From Takakia lepidozioides (Eukaryota > Plantae > Bryophyta), in the NCBI GenBank assembly GCA_030704615.1, contig CM060731.1, positions 26,226,001 to 26,290,000 of the forward strand: 64,000 nt of DNA, read 5' to 3'. How positions within the stretch are numbered: position 1 is the first letter of the stretch; every line of letters begins with the position of its first letter. The position numbers and the translations under genes are program-made. The notes beneath the pieces are model-generated. The model was not told the DNA's origin. It did no database searches and saw only the letters and a program-made list of their open reading frames with translations. This document shows, piece after piece, positions 48,600-63,345 of the stretch.

Positions 48600-49630
48600 C
48601 ATAAGCATTGCAGCAAATAATATTGTAGAGCATCAACAAAGAATGTGTATGAATGTGTATTTATATTCTGCCCCCAAGCAAACCTATTATGCCATGCAAG
48701 TGCATGTGATTATCATGGGCTTTGTTATCTATATACTTGACAGGAAGAAAAAACATGAGTACTCTATTGCATTGCAACAAATAATATTGTGTACTACACT
48801 AGACTATGTTGCAGAGCAATAACAAGGTGAGCAAGTATTGGACTAAAGTCTACTGTAGAGCAATAGGAGAGCCCTAAAGAACATGACAAAATCAATATGT
48901 GTACATAGTAGTACTTATTAAAAGCATGACTCTTTGAATTCCCAACACTATGAATGTGTATTTATGTTGTGCCCCCAAGTAAACCTATTATGCCATGGCA
49001 GTAGATGTGATTATAATGGGCTTTGTTATCTTTATACTTGACAGGAAGAAAAAGCATGACTCTATTGCATTGCAGCAAATAATGTTGTAGAGCATGCACA
49101 AAAAAGTAAGTACTGCACTATATTATGTTGTAGAGCAATAACAAGGTGAGCAAGTATTGCACTGAAGTCTATTGTAGAGCAATAGGAGAGCCCCATAGAA
49201 CGTGAAAAAATCAATATGTGTACATAGTAGTACTTATTAAAAGCCTAACTCCTTGAATTCCCAACACTATAGATGTGTATTTATGTTCTGCCCCCAAGCA
49301 AACATATTTGCAATGCAAGTGCATGTGATTATCAGGGCTTTGTTATCTATATACTTGAAGAATAAGCATGACTCTATTGCATTGCGACAAATAATGTTGT
49401 AGAGCATCAACAAAGAAGTAAGTACTGCACCAAACTATGTTGTAGAGTAATAACAAGGTGAGCAAGTATTGCACTGAAGTCTATGGCAGAGCAATAGGAG
49501 AGCCCTAGAGACCGTGACAAAATCAATATGTGTACATTGTAGTACTTTATTAAAAGTCTAACTCTTTGAATTCCCAACACTATGAATGTTTATTTATGTT
49601 CTGCCCCCAAGTAAACCTATCATGCCATGC
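48600..49630. repeat. ~300-320-bp AT-rich tandem repeat, ~3.3 copies
   Basis: Unit ATGTGTATTTATRTTCTGCCCCCAAG...GAATTCCCAACACTAT recurs at ~48650, 48950, 49270 and 49580. Confidence 0.9.
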
Positions 49631-51310
49631 CAGTACCCATCCTCAAGAGCTTGAATACCTTCACAACGTGTTTGCAAATGTATCCTTGTGAGGCAACATG
49701 ACAGTCACACTGGGCCCTTTCACTTCCGGGTGCGTGCACAGTCCAGACCAAAGGTGGGTTATTTACGGAAGCCACATACGCAACATCTTGGTCATCTGCA
49801 TGAAGCATAACATGGCCATCTGGTATGCTTCTTGCATGCAGAACAATACTACAAACAATACCCTCTTGGCGTTTGTTGCACAGTACAAAACCAAATGTTT
49901 TGCATTGTACCTGATATCAATAATGTGTGACTACATCACCTACCAACTGATAAATCAACCAATCAAATCGCCGTCCTTCGAACCTTTCTTTGGAAGAGTT
50001 GAGAATGGACTTCTATAGTCCCCATGGCCATAATAGCAACGATACCTGTTCACAAATTCCAGATATATATATCAGATGCAATATATGTTTGAAACACAAA
50101 GTTTGAGTTCCGGGTGAAAGCATGCTAGAGGTAGGCCAAAAATACTGTCACAAATGGATTTTGACAGACTGTGGTCTTCAAAGTACTCTAGTGCATTCTG
50201 GTCTTACATTGAACTTCCTTGAAAATGACATGGGAAGAAAGATGATGTTGTAAGGAAAACAAAACACTTTTCCAATCTGCAAACGGGTATGTTTTGATGG
50301 TACTTGTGAAGTATTGTGCGAGGAGGTTGTAGATGTAGCACGCTACATCCTCGAACATGAAAAGCCAAAAGTACCCCTAAAACGTACCAATTGCACGCAT
50401 GAATCTTTTTTCATGCATGCTTGAATACTTGCAAAATAGTCTGAGAAGGAGCCGTCGAGTACCTGCTATGTATGAAAGGTCTAATGATTTTTGTATATGC
50501 AACTACTAATTTATAAAGGCCATGGATTTAAGTACCTGAGAATGTTATTATTTAAGAGTGACTCCTGAAGAAGATGTGTTCCAAACCACGGTACTTAGTG
50601 CTACGTGCAATTGAAACCTCTAAACAATGGTGAAATTTTGAACTAGATTATTTTCGCCGGCAGGTTTATTTCTGTTTTTTTGTTTAATCTTGGACTGTTG
50701 GATGCGGGACTCGGACTCATGGCACGATTGTGTTTTGCCATTATTTTTATATTATCATCTACCACTACTACACTACGCCACAAAACTACTCCCAAGTACC
50801 CATTATCCGCCAATTTTGGCCTACCTCTATCATGCTTACACCCTTCCAAGGACAGTTTTGACAGTGCACTTGATAGTTCACCTCACAAGCAAAGTGCTAT
50901 TGTTTGCCCGTGGGTGGGTGATAGATCCAGGAGCATTTCTCTTCATGACCTCTTTGGTGAAACTAGTAGGAAATTGATGATTGTTCTACTCCCCTTCAAT
51001 GAAATCAGACACACGATGTCATGGTATGATGGCGATACAAGTGTCTTTGTATTGTCCGTGTCCTACAGTCACATGTGGATCAGTCCTTTGTAGGTCCACC
51101 TTGCTGAAGATACCATCTGGAGGGGCGCTCTGCATCTTAGCCCGCATGGAAGTAATAAGATCACGTTGAAGTACAGCAAATGCAACGCTCCCACCAACAT
51201 CCCCAGCCTCTAGTTCGAGCTCATGCTTCACATCTTCATTCTCAGCTTTGTTTAAGAATGCAACAGTATTGGTGTTGAAAACATCTTGACATTCCAACAT
51301 GGCAGAGAAA
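49620..51310 (-). pseudogene. Degenerate SWIM zinc-finger / MULE-like transposase, internally deleted
   Basis: SWIM CDCHVASQGYICKHV; DWLIYQLVGDVVTHY*; N-terminal IAIIP*HRVSDFIEGE* and YRCYYGHGDY; in-frame stops. Confidence 0.75.
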
Positions 51311-52480
51311 GATGCAAATACGTCCAGCTATCACCACTACTGTATGAACAGAGTACTACAAGAGAGCATTGTAGACAGATGCAATGTCGTGAACTGAGAG
51401 TAGCTGACAGGAGCGCAGCCCACAAAACCCACGAAACCCACAAACCCTATTTCCACCGCTTTTCAAGGAATGCCACAACCGCGCTTGGAAAATTCAAAAT
51501 CCATGGATCATGGCATGTCCTATGGCCTAACCAGATGATGACATGGATTATGGCTAAAGCTTCATGGCATGACAACCCAATGACTCACATGCCCAACACC
51601 TGTAGAGTGCAGATCATGCATAACATTCCACCATGCAGAACGCCATTGTGTAGAACAACCTCTTCCTTGTGACCGCGGTTGTGGTGGCGACATTGACTGT
51701 GGGGTCCATGGAGCCAAGGAATGGGTTGCCCACCAAGAGCACGAAGACCACCGCTGACATATGGCAGCGAGCAGACCTGGCCCATTGCCACTGGGCTACA
51801 ACTTGGTTGTCGGATGGATGTATAGTTTGTAGCAGGGTGAACGTGTGGGTTTGTCAAACCAACCATTCAGACTTCATCAGTCATCCAACGTCTGTTCATC
51901 CCACGTGGCACGATCTTCGTCAAAACGTAGAAGATGGCAGGCATCAGTCCAAGACGCAAGGAACCTTCGTTCTCGTCTGCGAGTGCGCTTGCTCACAAAT
52001 TGTGCAGCACATGATGCACTGCTGCATCAGTCCACGCTTGCAACTTTCTCGTAAACTGCAACAATTCAGCTGCGAATTGCGGGAGATAGACAGGACTAAT
52101 TGCTTCAGTTGTGAATTGGTACTGCAGTTGTGATAATTCCGAGTTCTTGGAGGCCGTGTTTGTACGAGGTTAGTAGATGAAGAACTTGCTGATAGGCGTG
52201 AATTGTTTGTATTTTGGACGAGGACATCAAATTAAGTACTCCATGATCAATACCTCTTCGTGTTGTACAACGATAACACACATCACTAGATTTTGTGACA
52301 GAGAAAGGTAGATTTTGGTTTCGTGACGAGCCAATGTCCAGGAAGTCATGATTGCTGTTTGTGCATTACAGCTGCTCGCGTGGAGTGAGAGAATATTAGG
52401 TCTGATCTACAGAAAACGCCTTGACGGTGAGAACCATGGGTGAACGATTTCAGTAGTCACAAAGAGAAAGGGTTAGGGAT

Positions 52481-55400
52481 ATGGAGCAGGAGTTCACATC
52501 CGCCGGTCAGCTATGGGCGCAAAAATTGCAAGGCCTGTATAGTTCTTTCATGCATCGTCTGACAGCAATTATAACTCTCGGATACTTCAAGTCTTTTCAT
52601 TCACCCTCAAGTCGCAATCTACCAGGCCTCCCTGGTCTGGTGACTCTGGAGAATTTCCCGAAAAAGGATCTGGCAGAGGTACTTGTCTCGGAGAAATTAA
52701 TATTTCTGGCCGAGTATGGGAACGAGTATGGGTATCCAGAGGGCACTGTTTCGGTTGACGAGCTGCGCTCTTCTGAATTTTCACGCTTGAACGGTATGTT
52801 GCTGTGCCTTTCTCTAAATAGATTCTTTCGTTCACTCAAATGTATCATCTGGATCGGTTTAGCAGTGGGTGATCACTAAGTCAACCACGGTTCAAGCTCC
52901 TTTTGAATTGTGCTGGTGACACTTCATCTGTGCCAAGGGTCAAAAATGCACTATTGAGCCAGCCATACAATTTGAAATGGTGCAACTGGACCCTTCAAAA
53001 ATCCTTGGCTAGAATCTGATAAACCTGGTTTGGAGACTGGAGGTTCCAAGTCCACTATGGGGGAGAAGAGAGTCTGTTCTTTTGTATGTTACTTGACATA
53101 AGAGACAGATTGAGTTTTGAGACAGAAGATTGGCTGTGCGGGTTGGGGGTGACCAGGAAAAATCTATGTGGATCATGCAGGAGCCACACTGCATGCAGAT
53201 TCACAATTGAAGGCAGCTATGGATGATCTCTCTGCCAACCTTTATGGCAACCCTCGTATCCTCCTTTAAGTTGCAGAATTGTCTGCTCTTTCGTAGTCAG
53301 TCAAGGGCAAGGGTTCAGGGTTTTATTCTCCCTCTCTTTTTGTTCATGGAAGAGGGCTTGGAAATATTTACCCTTTGTCTACGTATCAACGCTCATTTTC
53401 CTCAGTGTGTTTGGTCATCTGGCTGCTCCGTCTGACCTCTTCGCAATTGATTACAAAAGATGGAGAGCCAAGTGAAATGCCTTGATGAGTAATATTAGAC
53501 AGTCAAAGTGAGAGCAGTATACGGACATCTGACGAGGTTGAGTCTGCTCGGCAGCAGGTAATAACTCTGTCCAGGAGTTTTTTTTGTCTAAGCCCTAACA
53601 TCATGATAAAGTTAAGCCGAAGACTAACTTGTGTCAATCATTGGCCTTGGTTGCACTTGGTATCCATTGAGAAACTGTGCACAGCAACCTGTCCAATTTT
53701 TTGGTCTTTCCCTATAGATGGTCATGCTCATGGCCAGATAATTTGGAAAAGCTAGAATTATGCCTTGATTAATGTGGACTCTATCGTGACAGACCCACAA
53801 AACTTCTGGGAACAGTGAGTTACAGCTCATTGCATATCGTTGACAGCATACCACAATTGGGCATTTGTTGGCAATCCTTCTTTGGATTCAATTGTTCAAG
53901 TTTGGTTCAGCATTTTGGATTTGTGCTTAGAGGGCATTTAAAAAAATTAAGCCAAAGGGGGTAGTACGTTCCATTTTGTCTTGCAGGTTCTGGATCTCTG
54001 CAATGCTCCCGCTGGCAAATACAAGTGTGTGTATACATCAGGGGCCACAGCAGCACTGAAGCTGGTGGGGGAGGCATTTCCCTGGAGCAGTGAGAGTGAA
54101 TACCTTTACACTATGGATAATCACAACAGTGTTCTTGGGCTTCGCGAGTATCCTTTCTAAGTTCCCACTGCATTGCACCTCTTTTCTCCACCCTCTCCAG
54201 CTCCATGCTAATACAAGGCTTAAACTCAATCTGATGAGTGCATTTTGGATCCCTCCCCTGCATCTGCCTTTCCTGGGACGTTGAAGCCTTTTAAAGACCC
54301 ATACTTGATCATTGTCTAAAGTAGTCTACAATCTTGGAATTTACCACTTCAATCTGCAACCGTGGTAATGGCCACCTGGCTGTTGCAACAAAAGCTGCTC
54401 CAGTTTTAGCCTTGCTTTTGGACCCTTTGAGTTTCTTGACAGTGTAAGATATGCTCTGGATCATGGAGCCACTGTCACTGCTGTGGATGTTGAATGGGCC
54501 TGCCCAAGTTTCAACTCCGGAGTTAGTGAAGGAGGTCATGATGTAAATTTGAAGCGGAGGAACCCACAGAAGCGAAGCTCTCTATCGGCTGCAGAAAATG
54601 ATGGTGAGATGGAAGTCCAATATGTGTCACATGTTGTAGGTGGTCAAGATCAAGCACTATGGGCCAGCAGGGATTGTAGCTGACAATTCTATGGTCTGTG
54701 GAGGGATGGCAGAGGAAGAGGTGTACAACTTGTTTGCATTTCCGTTGGAGTGTAATTTTTCAGGTGTGAAGTTTGACTTGAACTTGGTTAACTGGGTCCA
54801 ACAGGGCAAACACTTTCCAAGCCCTCAAAGGTACTCACCCTATTCACAGTTGTCTACTTGGTCCACTGTCTGTAGAGTGCCGCAAACCGGCACAACACCG
54901 GCAAAGGCAGATGTTTGGATCTTACCACTGAGTTGACTGAAACTCATAAATTAATGGATGAAGTTCCGATTGTTAACTTTATTCAATCATGTGTTCACTG
55001 GCATAGATTGTACTTTTATTCGTACAGCTTTACTTTGATGATACATGTATGGTTCCTTTTCGGTCATCACAATAAGTACTGCCATATCCACATAAGGACA
55101 AGAGTCTTACCCCATGGCTATTAGATGGGATCCATGTCAAAGATTGAGGGTGATGTGGGGCATTTTCTAGGGACCGATGGATGGTGCTTCTGGATGCTGC
55201 CAAGGGATGTGGAACTTTGCCACCAGATTTGTCTCGTTTTCCAGCAGACTTTGTGGCCATTTCTTTCTACAAGGTAAACTTTCCTGTTGCTGTTTTTGGA
55301 GAGTTGGTTGTGATTTTCTCATTTGTAGTCTGCTCTCACTTGGAATTATTAGGACGTATCAAGGTAGTTGACAAAGATTGTTGTACTCTTAGTGAGTAAT

Positions 55401-58400
55401 TTCTCAGCCTTGAACCGGCTATCTGGTGGGTTGTTGGATGACAGATTTTTGGTTATCCTACAGGCCTAGGGGCACTTATTGTTCGTAATGGTATGCAAAT
55501 TTCTTTCCTGATCTTCAACTCTATGTATGTGCTTTCATCATTCCTCCTCTTACAGACTTATGCCAATTCCATCAAAGATATTGGAGAGTAGGCATGTTGA
55601 GTGTCTCTTACAGCTTCTTTGCTAGATAGCTCCATAAATGCATGTGGCTGGAACTTTTGCAGGACTTCTAAGTATGGAAACCGTGAGGGTAGGAGACATA
55701 CACCTAGATGTCAGTGTCATTCATCTTAATTCCATAATTTTGAGCAACTGTTGTCCGTGTGTTGGAATTGACAGATGCTGCAAACTTGTTGAAAAAGAGG
55801 TATTTCGGAGGAGGTACATGACTAGTCAGATTTTGTTGAAAAAGAGGTATTTTGGAGGAGGTACATGACTAGTCAGATTGTATCTCTCTTTCTCTCCAGC
55901 AGTGCCTTTAATTGTGAGACCCCAAGTGCTTGTCGGCTGATCTGCATGAGGCAGTTCATCTTCCTACAGCAGTTTGTGGTTTGCTTTGTTCTTTGGTTTG
56001 TGTTTTCTAGAGTGTCCCCATACTTCACTCTGTGCCTCCTTTGGATATACATAACCTATCTGTTTTCCATCCCTCACTAGGGCTTTGACCTTCAGAGTGC
56101 TCCTACTTGTCCAGATCAAGGCAGTTTTCTTAACACCATGATAGGATTTGCCTAGCTCGTACCATTCAAGATTGGAGATTGAAAATTCCTTTTCCCGCCC
56201 TGTAGATAATGGGAGATATCGTTGTCTCTTTGGAGGCTGGTCTTCCCTGGCAGATGCCTTTAGACAATAATACAAGAAATGTGTGGCAGCTGCATTTTCG
56301 AAGGTGCTCCGTGCTTTGTGCAGCAACTGGGGTTTTCCTGTTTACTCTTTGTGGGCTTGTTGTGGACTTATAAAGCACTTCTCTTTCTTCTTCTTTCCTG
56401 TGGATGAAGTCAATAATTTTCTTAACCTTTCTTTTCTCCAAAAGGGTGTTGAGGATGCCTCAGGTGGCAATGTTAAACTTGTTGTTGTCTATAATCTCAT
56501 TGCACTGCCTAGGGGGCTCTGAAGGTTCTTGGGATCCCCGTGGATGTTGTTGCGTTTCACTTTTCTCTTTTTCTTTTCTCTAAGATCGTTTTCCAAACTG
56601 GATTTGCAGGCACAGTGGCAGTGTCCATAGCTGATGCAGATTTCATGCAAAAGCGAGAGAGAGTGGAGCACTGGCTTGAGGATGGCTCTGTCTCATTTCT
56701 TGCCATTGCTGCACTTCGCCATGGATTTGCTGCTATCAATCGGCTTGAAACATATGGCATTAGCCGGTGAGGGTCTGGGGTTGGAAGTTCTGTTGCTGTG
56801 TCTTCATATCATCCTGTAAATTATGTGCTTGATAAAAAGGTCATTCGCTGTGGTATACCATGCCTACCGTGCTTTGTCAACATGCAGCTCAAGGGCTGTG
56901 AGCTCTATTTATGGTTTTATTTGGGAATGCTGGGGACCAGTTTAAGGGATTCCCATCGGCAATGCCCTTCTCCTCTTTCACGGAGGACATAGTGAAACTT
57001 TCACTAAGTTGAGGTGCTTCTCAAAGTGTAAACTCTCATCTCCAAAGAAGTTATTAAATATTGGGGAGGAGGGCATTTGACCGGTCCTGTGGTATCAGAA
57101 TATCAACCCTGAATTCCCTGCAGTACCCATATTGGATTGTCATGGCAGGCACACTGGATCCCTGACGAGTTACACTGCCACTAAACTGGCAGCCCTACAG
57201 CACGGGAATGGAGCTCCAGTCTGTGTTTTGTATGGGAACCACAGTACTATCAGTAGCCACCATGCGGTAAATTCTGTAACCAGCAATTGATAGCTGTGCA
57301 AGGGGTTGCTATTTGGGTCACAAATGGTTACAGTGTACAATTGAAGTCCTTTGTGATGTCTGACTGTAGTTCCAGAGGGCCCCTCTCTTTTCTTGTTCCA
57401 TGTGGTCTTCATCATGTCATGTATTTTGCCAGCCGAAGGCTAGAACTGCAGTGCTAGATCAACCTCATTCTCGTTAGTATGGTGTTAATGTATCAATACT
57501 CAATTTGCTGTGACTGCGCTCTCGATGGGTCTTGGGCAATCTCGGGTTGAGTCTTGCATACGCTGGTGGTCTAAATTCCATGGGGAGGGCTAGGATACTG
57601 TAGGATGCATTATAGCCAATGTTTGCAAGTAAGCGTCAATGGGTACATTCGTTCTCAGTTTGTCTCTGTTCTTTAAATGGACCAAGGAATAAACACCCCA
57701 GAACAAACTCTATCATCCACCAACCCAATCAACACCTGGGCAAGGCCTGAAATGCCTCTCAAAGTGGAGCTTCCAGTGTTGTGAAGTTTCTTTCTTTTCC
57801 TCTTCCCTCTACTTTTTATGTTATGAACCCTGCTCCAACCATCAGTGGCAAAGCTAGGGTGCATAGTCAATGGAATACATCACTTCCCACAGCCCCTCGT
57901 GACATTTTGTTGGTCTTCGCACTGACAATGTTGGCTTGTGGCAGCAGAAATACTGGGGTCAACATTGTAACCAGGGCCCAATTTTGACCTTCAACATGAA
58001 ACGGGCTGATGGATCTTGGGTTGGCCATCGTGAAGTGGAAAAACTTGCAGCCCTCAGCAACATCCAGCTCCGGGTTAGTATTTCTCTCCGGGTTAGTAAA
58101 AGTCCAGATATTAGAATGGCCTCTACAGGAGGATTGATAAGGACATGCTTGCCCATATAGGAGCAGACTGTACAGTGAATAACAGGCTCATAGGCTATTG
58201 AGGTGACTAGTTTAGCCTATGATCCCCCCTGTGCCTGGGTGGACCACATAGTGTAACTTGATCAGTCTTCTGGATCTGAACCCTGCCTCGCATTAGCCTA
58301 GCCAATCATAAGGTGTTCCTTCCACTGTTAATTGGAAAGGGTTGGTGGAGGTCTCCCTGGAGCAAAAGGTGTCTTGTTATCCCTCTTCTTGCAGTTTTAG

Positions 58401-61400
58401 TGCCTCATTGGTGGTGTTTACTTGTTTGTGCTTGTGTGCAGACTGGCTGTTTCTGCAACCCGGGTGCATGTGCAAAGTACCTGGGACTCTCCCAAATGGA
58501 TCTTCGACTTAATTTTGAGGTAAGAGGGTCTTGTTTTATGTTCCTTGAGCATGCTCACAATGGGTTAAGACGGACTGACCTGAATAAACCTTATTAGGAG
58601 TGAAAGACATCGATGTTCACTTGTTGTCCATAATGTACTCTCTTAAGTGGCAGGGGTTTAATCTCTTTTAGTATATTTCGCTTAAGACAATGATGTTGAT
58701 GCTTAGTTGATGTCTTCAGAGCCTGATGGTGGTGTCCTTGGGGGGAGCTCATGCAGGCAGGTCACGTCTGTTGGGATGACCACGATGTCATCAATGGACG
58801 ACCTACTGGCGCAGTGCGTTTATCTTTTGGTTACATGTCCTCATTTGAAGATTGCTTGGTAAGCAGTTGCTTACTTCCTCAAGCTTTTCACTGTAGCATA
58901 TCTACTAGTTTCTTTTTGAAGCAGTCTAGTTGAATTTTGTACACAAGTTTTGAATTGCTGGGGTTAGTTTATGGAAAGCATAACCCATAAACATGTTGAT
59001 GCTATCATGTTGATTGTCCGACTAGGTGGAACATTCAGTCCAGTCACCATATCATGAATTTAGTCAGAAGGCAGAAGCTTACGATCTGATTGGGCCTGAG
59101 TTAGCCTTGGCGAGGTTGCTAATATAATATAAACTAGTTCAGTTCATTAAATTTGGAAGGCACATGTAAAGTTTCTTGTGCGAGAAGACAGGAACTTTCA
59201 CACTGGTGTAGTCAATTCAAAGTGCAAGGAATTGGGGATGCTATGTGAAGTTCATACAAAGATGTCACTTTGACGGACACATGGAGTATGAGTGAGCTCC
59301 AAGTAAGAGCAGAGAACGGTAGAGACAAATTGGTAGACTTGCTATACATCTGAGGTTTCTGTGTTCTGAGTGTGCAGGCAGTCATCCAGTTTATCTGCAA
59401 GTATTTCGTGGAGACCAAGGTTGGGCTGAGGAATTCAGCAATTGAGAAAGAGGGCAAATTGGAGAGGAGTATGCTTAGATCGATAGAGAACCTAGGTAAG
59501 CCATCAAACCTGATAAAGCATTTTTTGCAGTTGATTTATGTGAGAGCAAAGGTGCATCATTACTTGGAAAGACTTGGAGTCTCTGAAAGATCGCTTCCTG
59601 ATCTGATCTGATATGATATGTGGGACAGGAGAAAATGAAATGAAATGGTGGTTCATAACGTCTGCGGAAAGCTCATAGAGCTTATGGGACAAAATGGAAA
59701 GAAAAACATGAGAGAAAACAGGAAGCCAGAGAGATAAGAACTATTGTTCTAGTGATTGTCCAAGGGTGAATGCCTCGTGCAGGTAGGCTGCCAAACATTT
59801 CTGATCTTCATAGTGAAAAGACCTCAGTGAGAGATTGGGTTCCACGGAATAGACTTCACGGAGAAAGAAATGATACTCCATCTCTACTTTGTGTGTGGAC
59901 ATATTTCCCATCTCAATCAGTAGGGTGAGAGCAGCCCAAGACGTTCGCCATAGCCTTGTGGCCGTAGACCCCGCTCCCAGTTTGTGCAGCACACGACACA
60001 GAGAAGAGAGAGAACCCATTCCAGGAGGTTACAGTTCTGTATTGTGGCCTGTGGACAGAATTTGCAGAGAGCAATATGGAAGGGAGGGTTGGTAGCTACA
60101 AGGGTAAATCAGATGGAGATGAGATATGCACAAGTCCAATACATGTGGAGTCCATGGCGGTGTACCCCATCAAATCATGTGCCGGTTTTACTGTGGACGT
60201 GTGGCCTCTTAGTGATTGTGGTGAGTCCAGGACACTCCAGACTGTGCTAGACTTGATTATTTTCCTTTTACCTCCCCCGTGACTTTCTCCATGGCTTTGT
60301 CTGCTTACTTCTGAATATTATATATTCCTCAGGCTAGTAGTGATGGTCATTGTGCATGTTCATGATGGATATGCAGGCCTCCTCTATGACCGAGAGTGGC
60401 TTATTAGGAGTCTTTCTGGTGACACCCTGACACAGAAGAAGGTGAGTCTCTCCACTTTTAGTCACCGAGTAGGTTAGGCTTAACAATTTTCTGAATGGCC
60501 ATCTACAGTAAGACATGGGCCAATTTATGGTCCAATTTCTCTTTCTGAAATTGAAGTCCCCAGAATTTGTTTTGGCAATGCAGTGTCCCCACCTGCAGAT
60601 GGGTGGACCATGTAGCATAACCTCCAATTGGACCTAAAGTGTGGTTGCAGTGCCCTTGTCACTGGTCAAACTATGGGATTGATGAAGAGCTTGGCATCTG
60701 TTGGAAGTTCTGAAGAATGCACCATCATTGGATTGCAGACCGAGTCCAAACTAGATTGTGGGAAATTACAGTCCTTGAGTCAGTGAGACTTGCATCAATC
60801 TGTGGGAGACTGAAAAAAGCTGGGCGTCTTGATAGTGAGCTCATAGCTCGTTTTTTCCTGGCATTCAACATCAGTTGAGAATTCCTGATTTGATCAATGA
60901 CTATGGCTTCTCTGATTACCAATTGCAGCTTCCTTCACTTTTTTCCATCCGACCTTCAATTGACCTCTTGAAAGGGATGATGCATGTCTCAGCACCAAAC
61001 GTTGAGCAACAGTTGGTCATTCCATTAGATGAAGTACCTAAATGTGGCCTGACTGGTGACGTGCTGCTGTGTGGTGAAAGGTATCCTTGAGCTTACCAGC
61101 TTGTGATTGTTTAGTCCCATATTATCCTTTGACATGGTGTCTATATATTAAATTTCAGACCAAAAGTTGTACCACGACTCATTAGCCATGCTGAACAAAT
61201 CCATACTGGATTCTGGGATGTACCAGCCAGAACAGGTCTTGCAGGGCAAGAGCTTGTCTTATCAAAGCTGTATTTAGAAGGAATGTATGAAGGAATAAAT
61301 GAGGGGATCTTTTGATAATCCATTGACCCCTCCTGGACTTCCCTGGGTGCCAACAGATGTCTTCGTACAGCTTGAGGGGCTCAGGTCAAAGCAAAGTACT

Positions 61401-63345
61401 TTTTATATGCTACAGGATGAAACTGAATGTTGCTGGATTGGTAAGCAATATATGCTATATATAGAAGTGCTTTAAATTTTGTGAACTAGACTTCTCCTGA
61501 AGGTTCGAAGAATTGGAATGGTGTAGGGCAGAAGCCAATACATATGGAGCAGAGGTGACTCAATGGTTTACCAAAGCTTTAGGGGTACCCTGCAGCCTAG
61601 TGAGAAGAGAACCGAAAAGTCGGCAGATACATCCGGCGAGAAGAAATCCAACACATCTGGGATTCAAAGAGAGTGATGCTGTAGGGAATGCAGCGTCAGA
61701 GCTCAGTTTTGCAAATGAGGGCCAATTTCTGCTTGTATCAAAACCCAGTGTGGAGGAACTCAACCGACGCATTGCGGCCTCCAGGACCACATTCCTTGGT
61801 GAAGGTAAGGCTGGCTGTTTCTTATTGCCAATGGTGTCCTAGCTCAAGGGACGCATTGTGGGCGCCCAAGAGGGATTCCGTAGACTTTGGGAGTCTTGTG
61901 GTATTTAAAAATTAGGAAACAGAATGGAGGTGTAAGAGATTGTGGAGAGTTTTGACCTTCGGTGTCCTGCAGATTGGCAGAGGAAAGAGAGCGGTGCAAC
62001 TGAACATGGGCAGATTTTCCAAGTGGATGCATTGCGTTTCCGGCCAAATCTTGTGGTCTCTGGCGGCGTCCCTTATGATGAAGATAATTGGAAGACTATT
62101 GGCATCTGTGATGAGACATTCACCGTATGTAGCTCTCTCTTTCTCAGTCTATCTGTTGGCTGGTATCTCTCATGGACACAACAGATGTGTTGGTGTCTGA
62201 GTGTCAGTGGGCAATGCTTCCCATCCCGTCCCAAAGCTTTTACAGCGTGTGGGCTTTTCAGCATCATGTCTTCTATACATCTGAATATTGGGCATGCTTT
62301 TCAGTGCCAAAATATTGTGAATATACTGTCTGCAAATACAACTGTAACCATGTGGGTCCTCACGACCCTCTATGGACGACATAAAGTTAAACATAAAGAG
62401 GCGTTGACTTGGAGTTTACAAAGGCAACAGAGCCTGTCTTATGAGAGGCTACTGAATGTTATTGCTCTAGCAGTACTTATCAGATTTAATCATTTGTCAA
62501 GTGCAAAGTGGTTTCAACGAACTTCTTTTTACCGTCTGATGAGTAGTTGAGCTGTTTTGTGTCTGGCAGGTGCTAGGAGGCTGCAACCGCTGCCAAATGG
62601 TGAACGTTGATCAAGCTACAGGTTGCCGCCAATTACAGAGCCAGCCTCTGGCCACACTTGCATCCTATCGTCGGATCAAGGTAGGGTATAACCACATTTC
62701 TCAGTAAACAGCAGGCGCCTGGTTGTACTAAAGTTAATTAACTTTGCATGTATTGTACACCTGATACTCCCACCAGGTGTCGCTGTCCAGCGGTTCTTCT
62801 TGGTATATGGATGGCTGTATTTGTTCATGGCTGTGACAGCCCCCCAGAATTGTCTTTCTGTTTTGGTTGCGTGAGGATGCACACACAAAATCTATGACAG
62901 TATTTCATTGGGAGTAGAAGGTAATCAGAAGCATTTATGACTCCTTTCGGCCTGTAATTCTGTACTCGTCTCTTGTAATAATTGAATGGGGGTCTTTAGA
63001 TGAACATTGTTGCAACATGCAAAGGCCTTTCTCAATTTCGTGCATGCATATTGGCCCTGTTCACTCTGCCCGGATCTAGGTCACCTCTCCTGGATGTTGA
63101 CAGGATGATTTAGTGAATTGGATGTCAATAGAGTAGTCCCCTATTTTGGCTGATTTATTATGTTGACCATGCAGGGGAAGATCATGTTCGGAATTTTACT
63201 TGTTCATGGAGAATCAGGTTTGCTGTCTCCTGAGCAAACACTACCGGCAGGCTTGGAGACTGCGTATACAAAGTGGTTGAGAGCACGATATGGAAGGCTT
63301 TTGTCAGTGGGATGTAAATTGAATGTTGAAAGGCAGGTTGCTTGA
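52481..63345 (+). CDS. ABA3: Molybdenum cofactor sulfurase (about 22 exons; start codon uncertain)
   Basis: GT-AG exons encode [57 protein letters not shown]...[16 protein letters not shown] (PLP lysine), [12 protein letters not shown] (catalytic Cys), [22 protein letters not shown], and [39 protein letters not shown]. Confidence 0.96.

Noticed and set aside
42895-49630. CRISPR-like arrays
   Set aside because: The repeats are head-to-tail tandem units without unique spacers, there are no cas genes, and the context is eukaryotic.
51500-51600. Helitron Rep HUH-like IHVIIWL on the minus strand
   Set aside because: It is an isolated short match flanked by stops, with no other Rep or helicase motifs.
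52860-63170. Many short ORFs on both strands within the ABA3 span
   Set aside because: They are intronic or exon read-through frames explained by the spliced gene.
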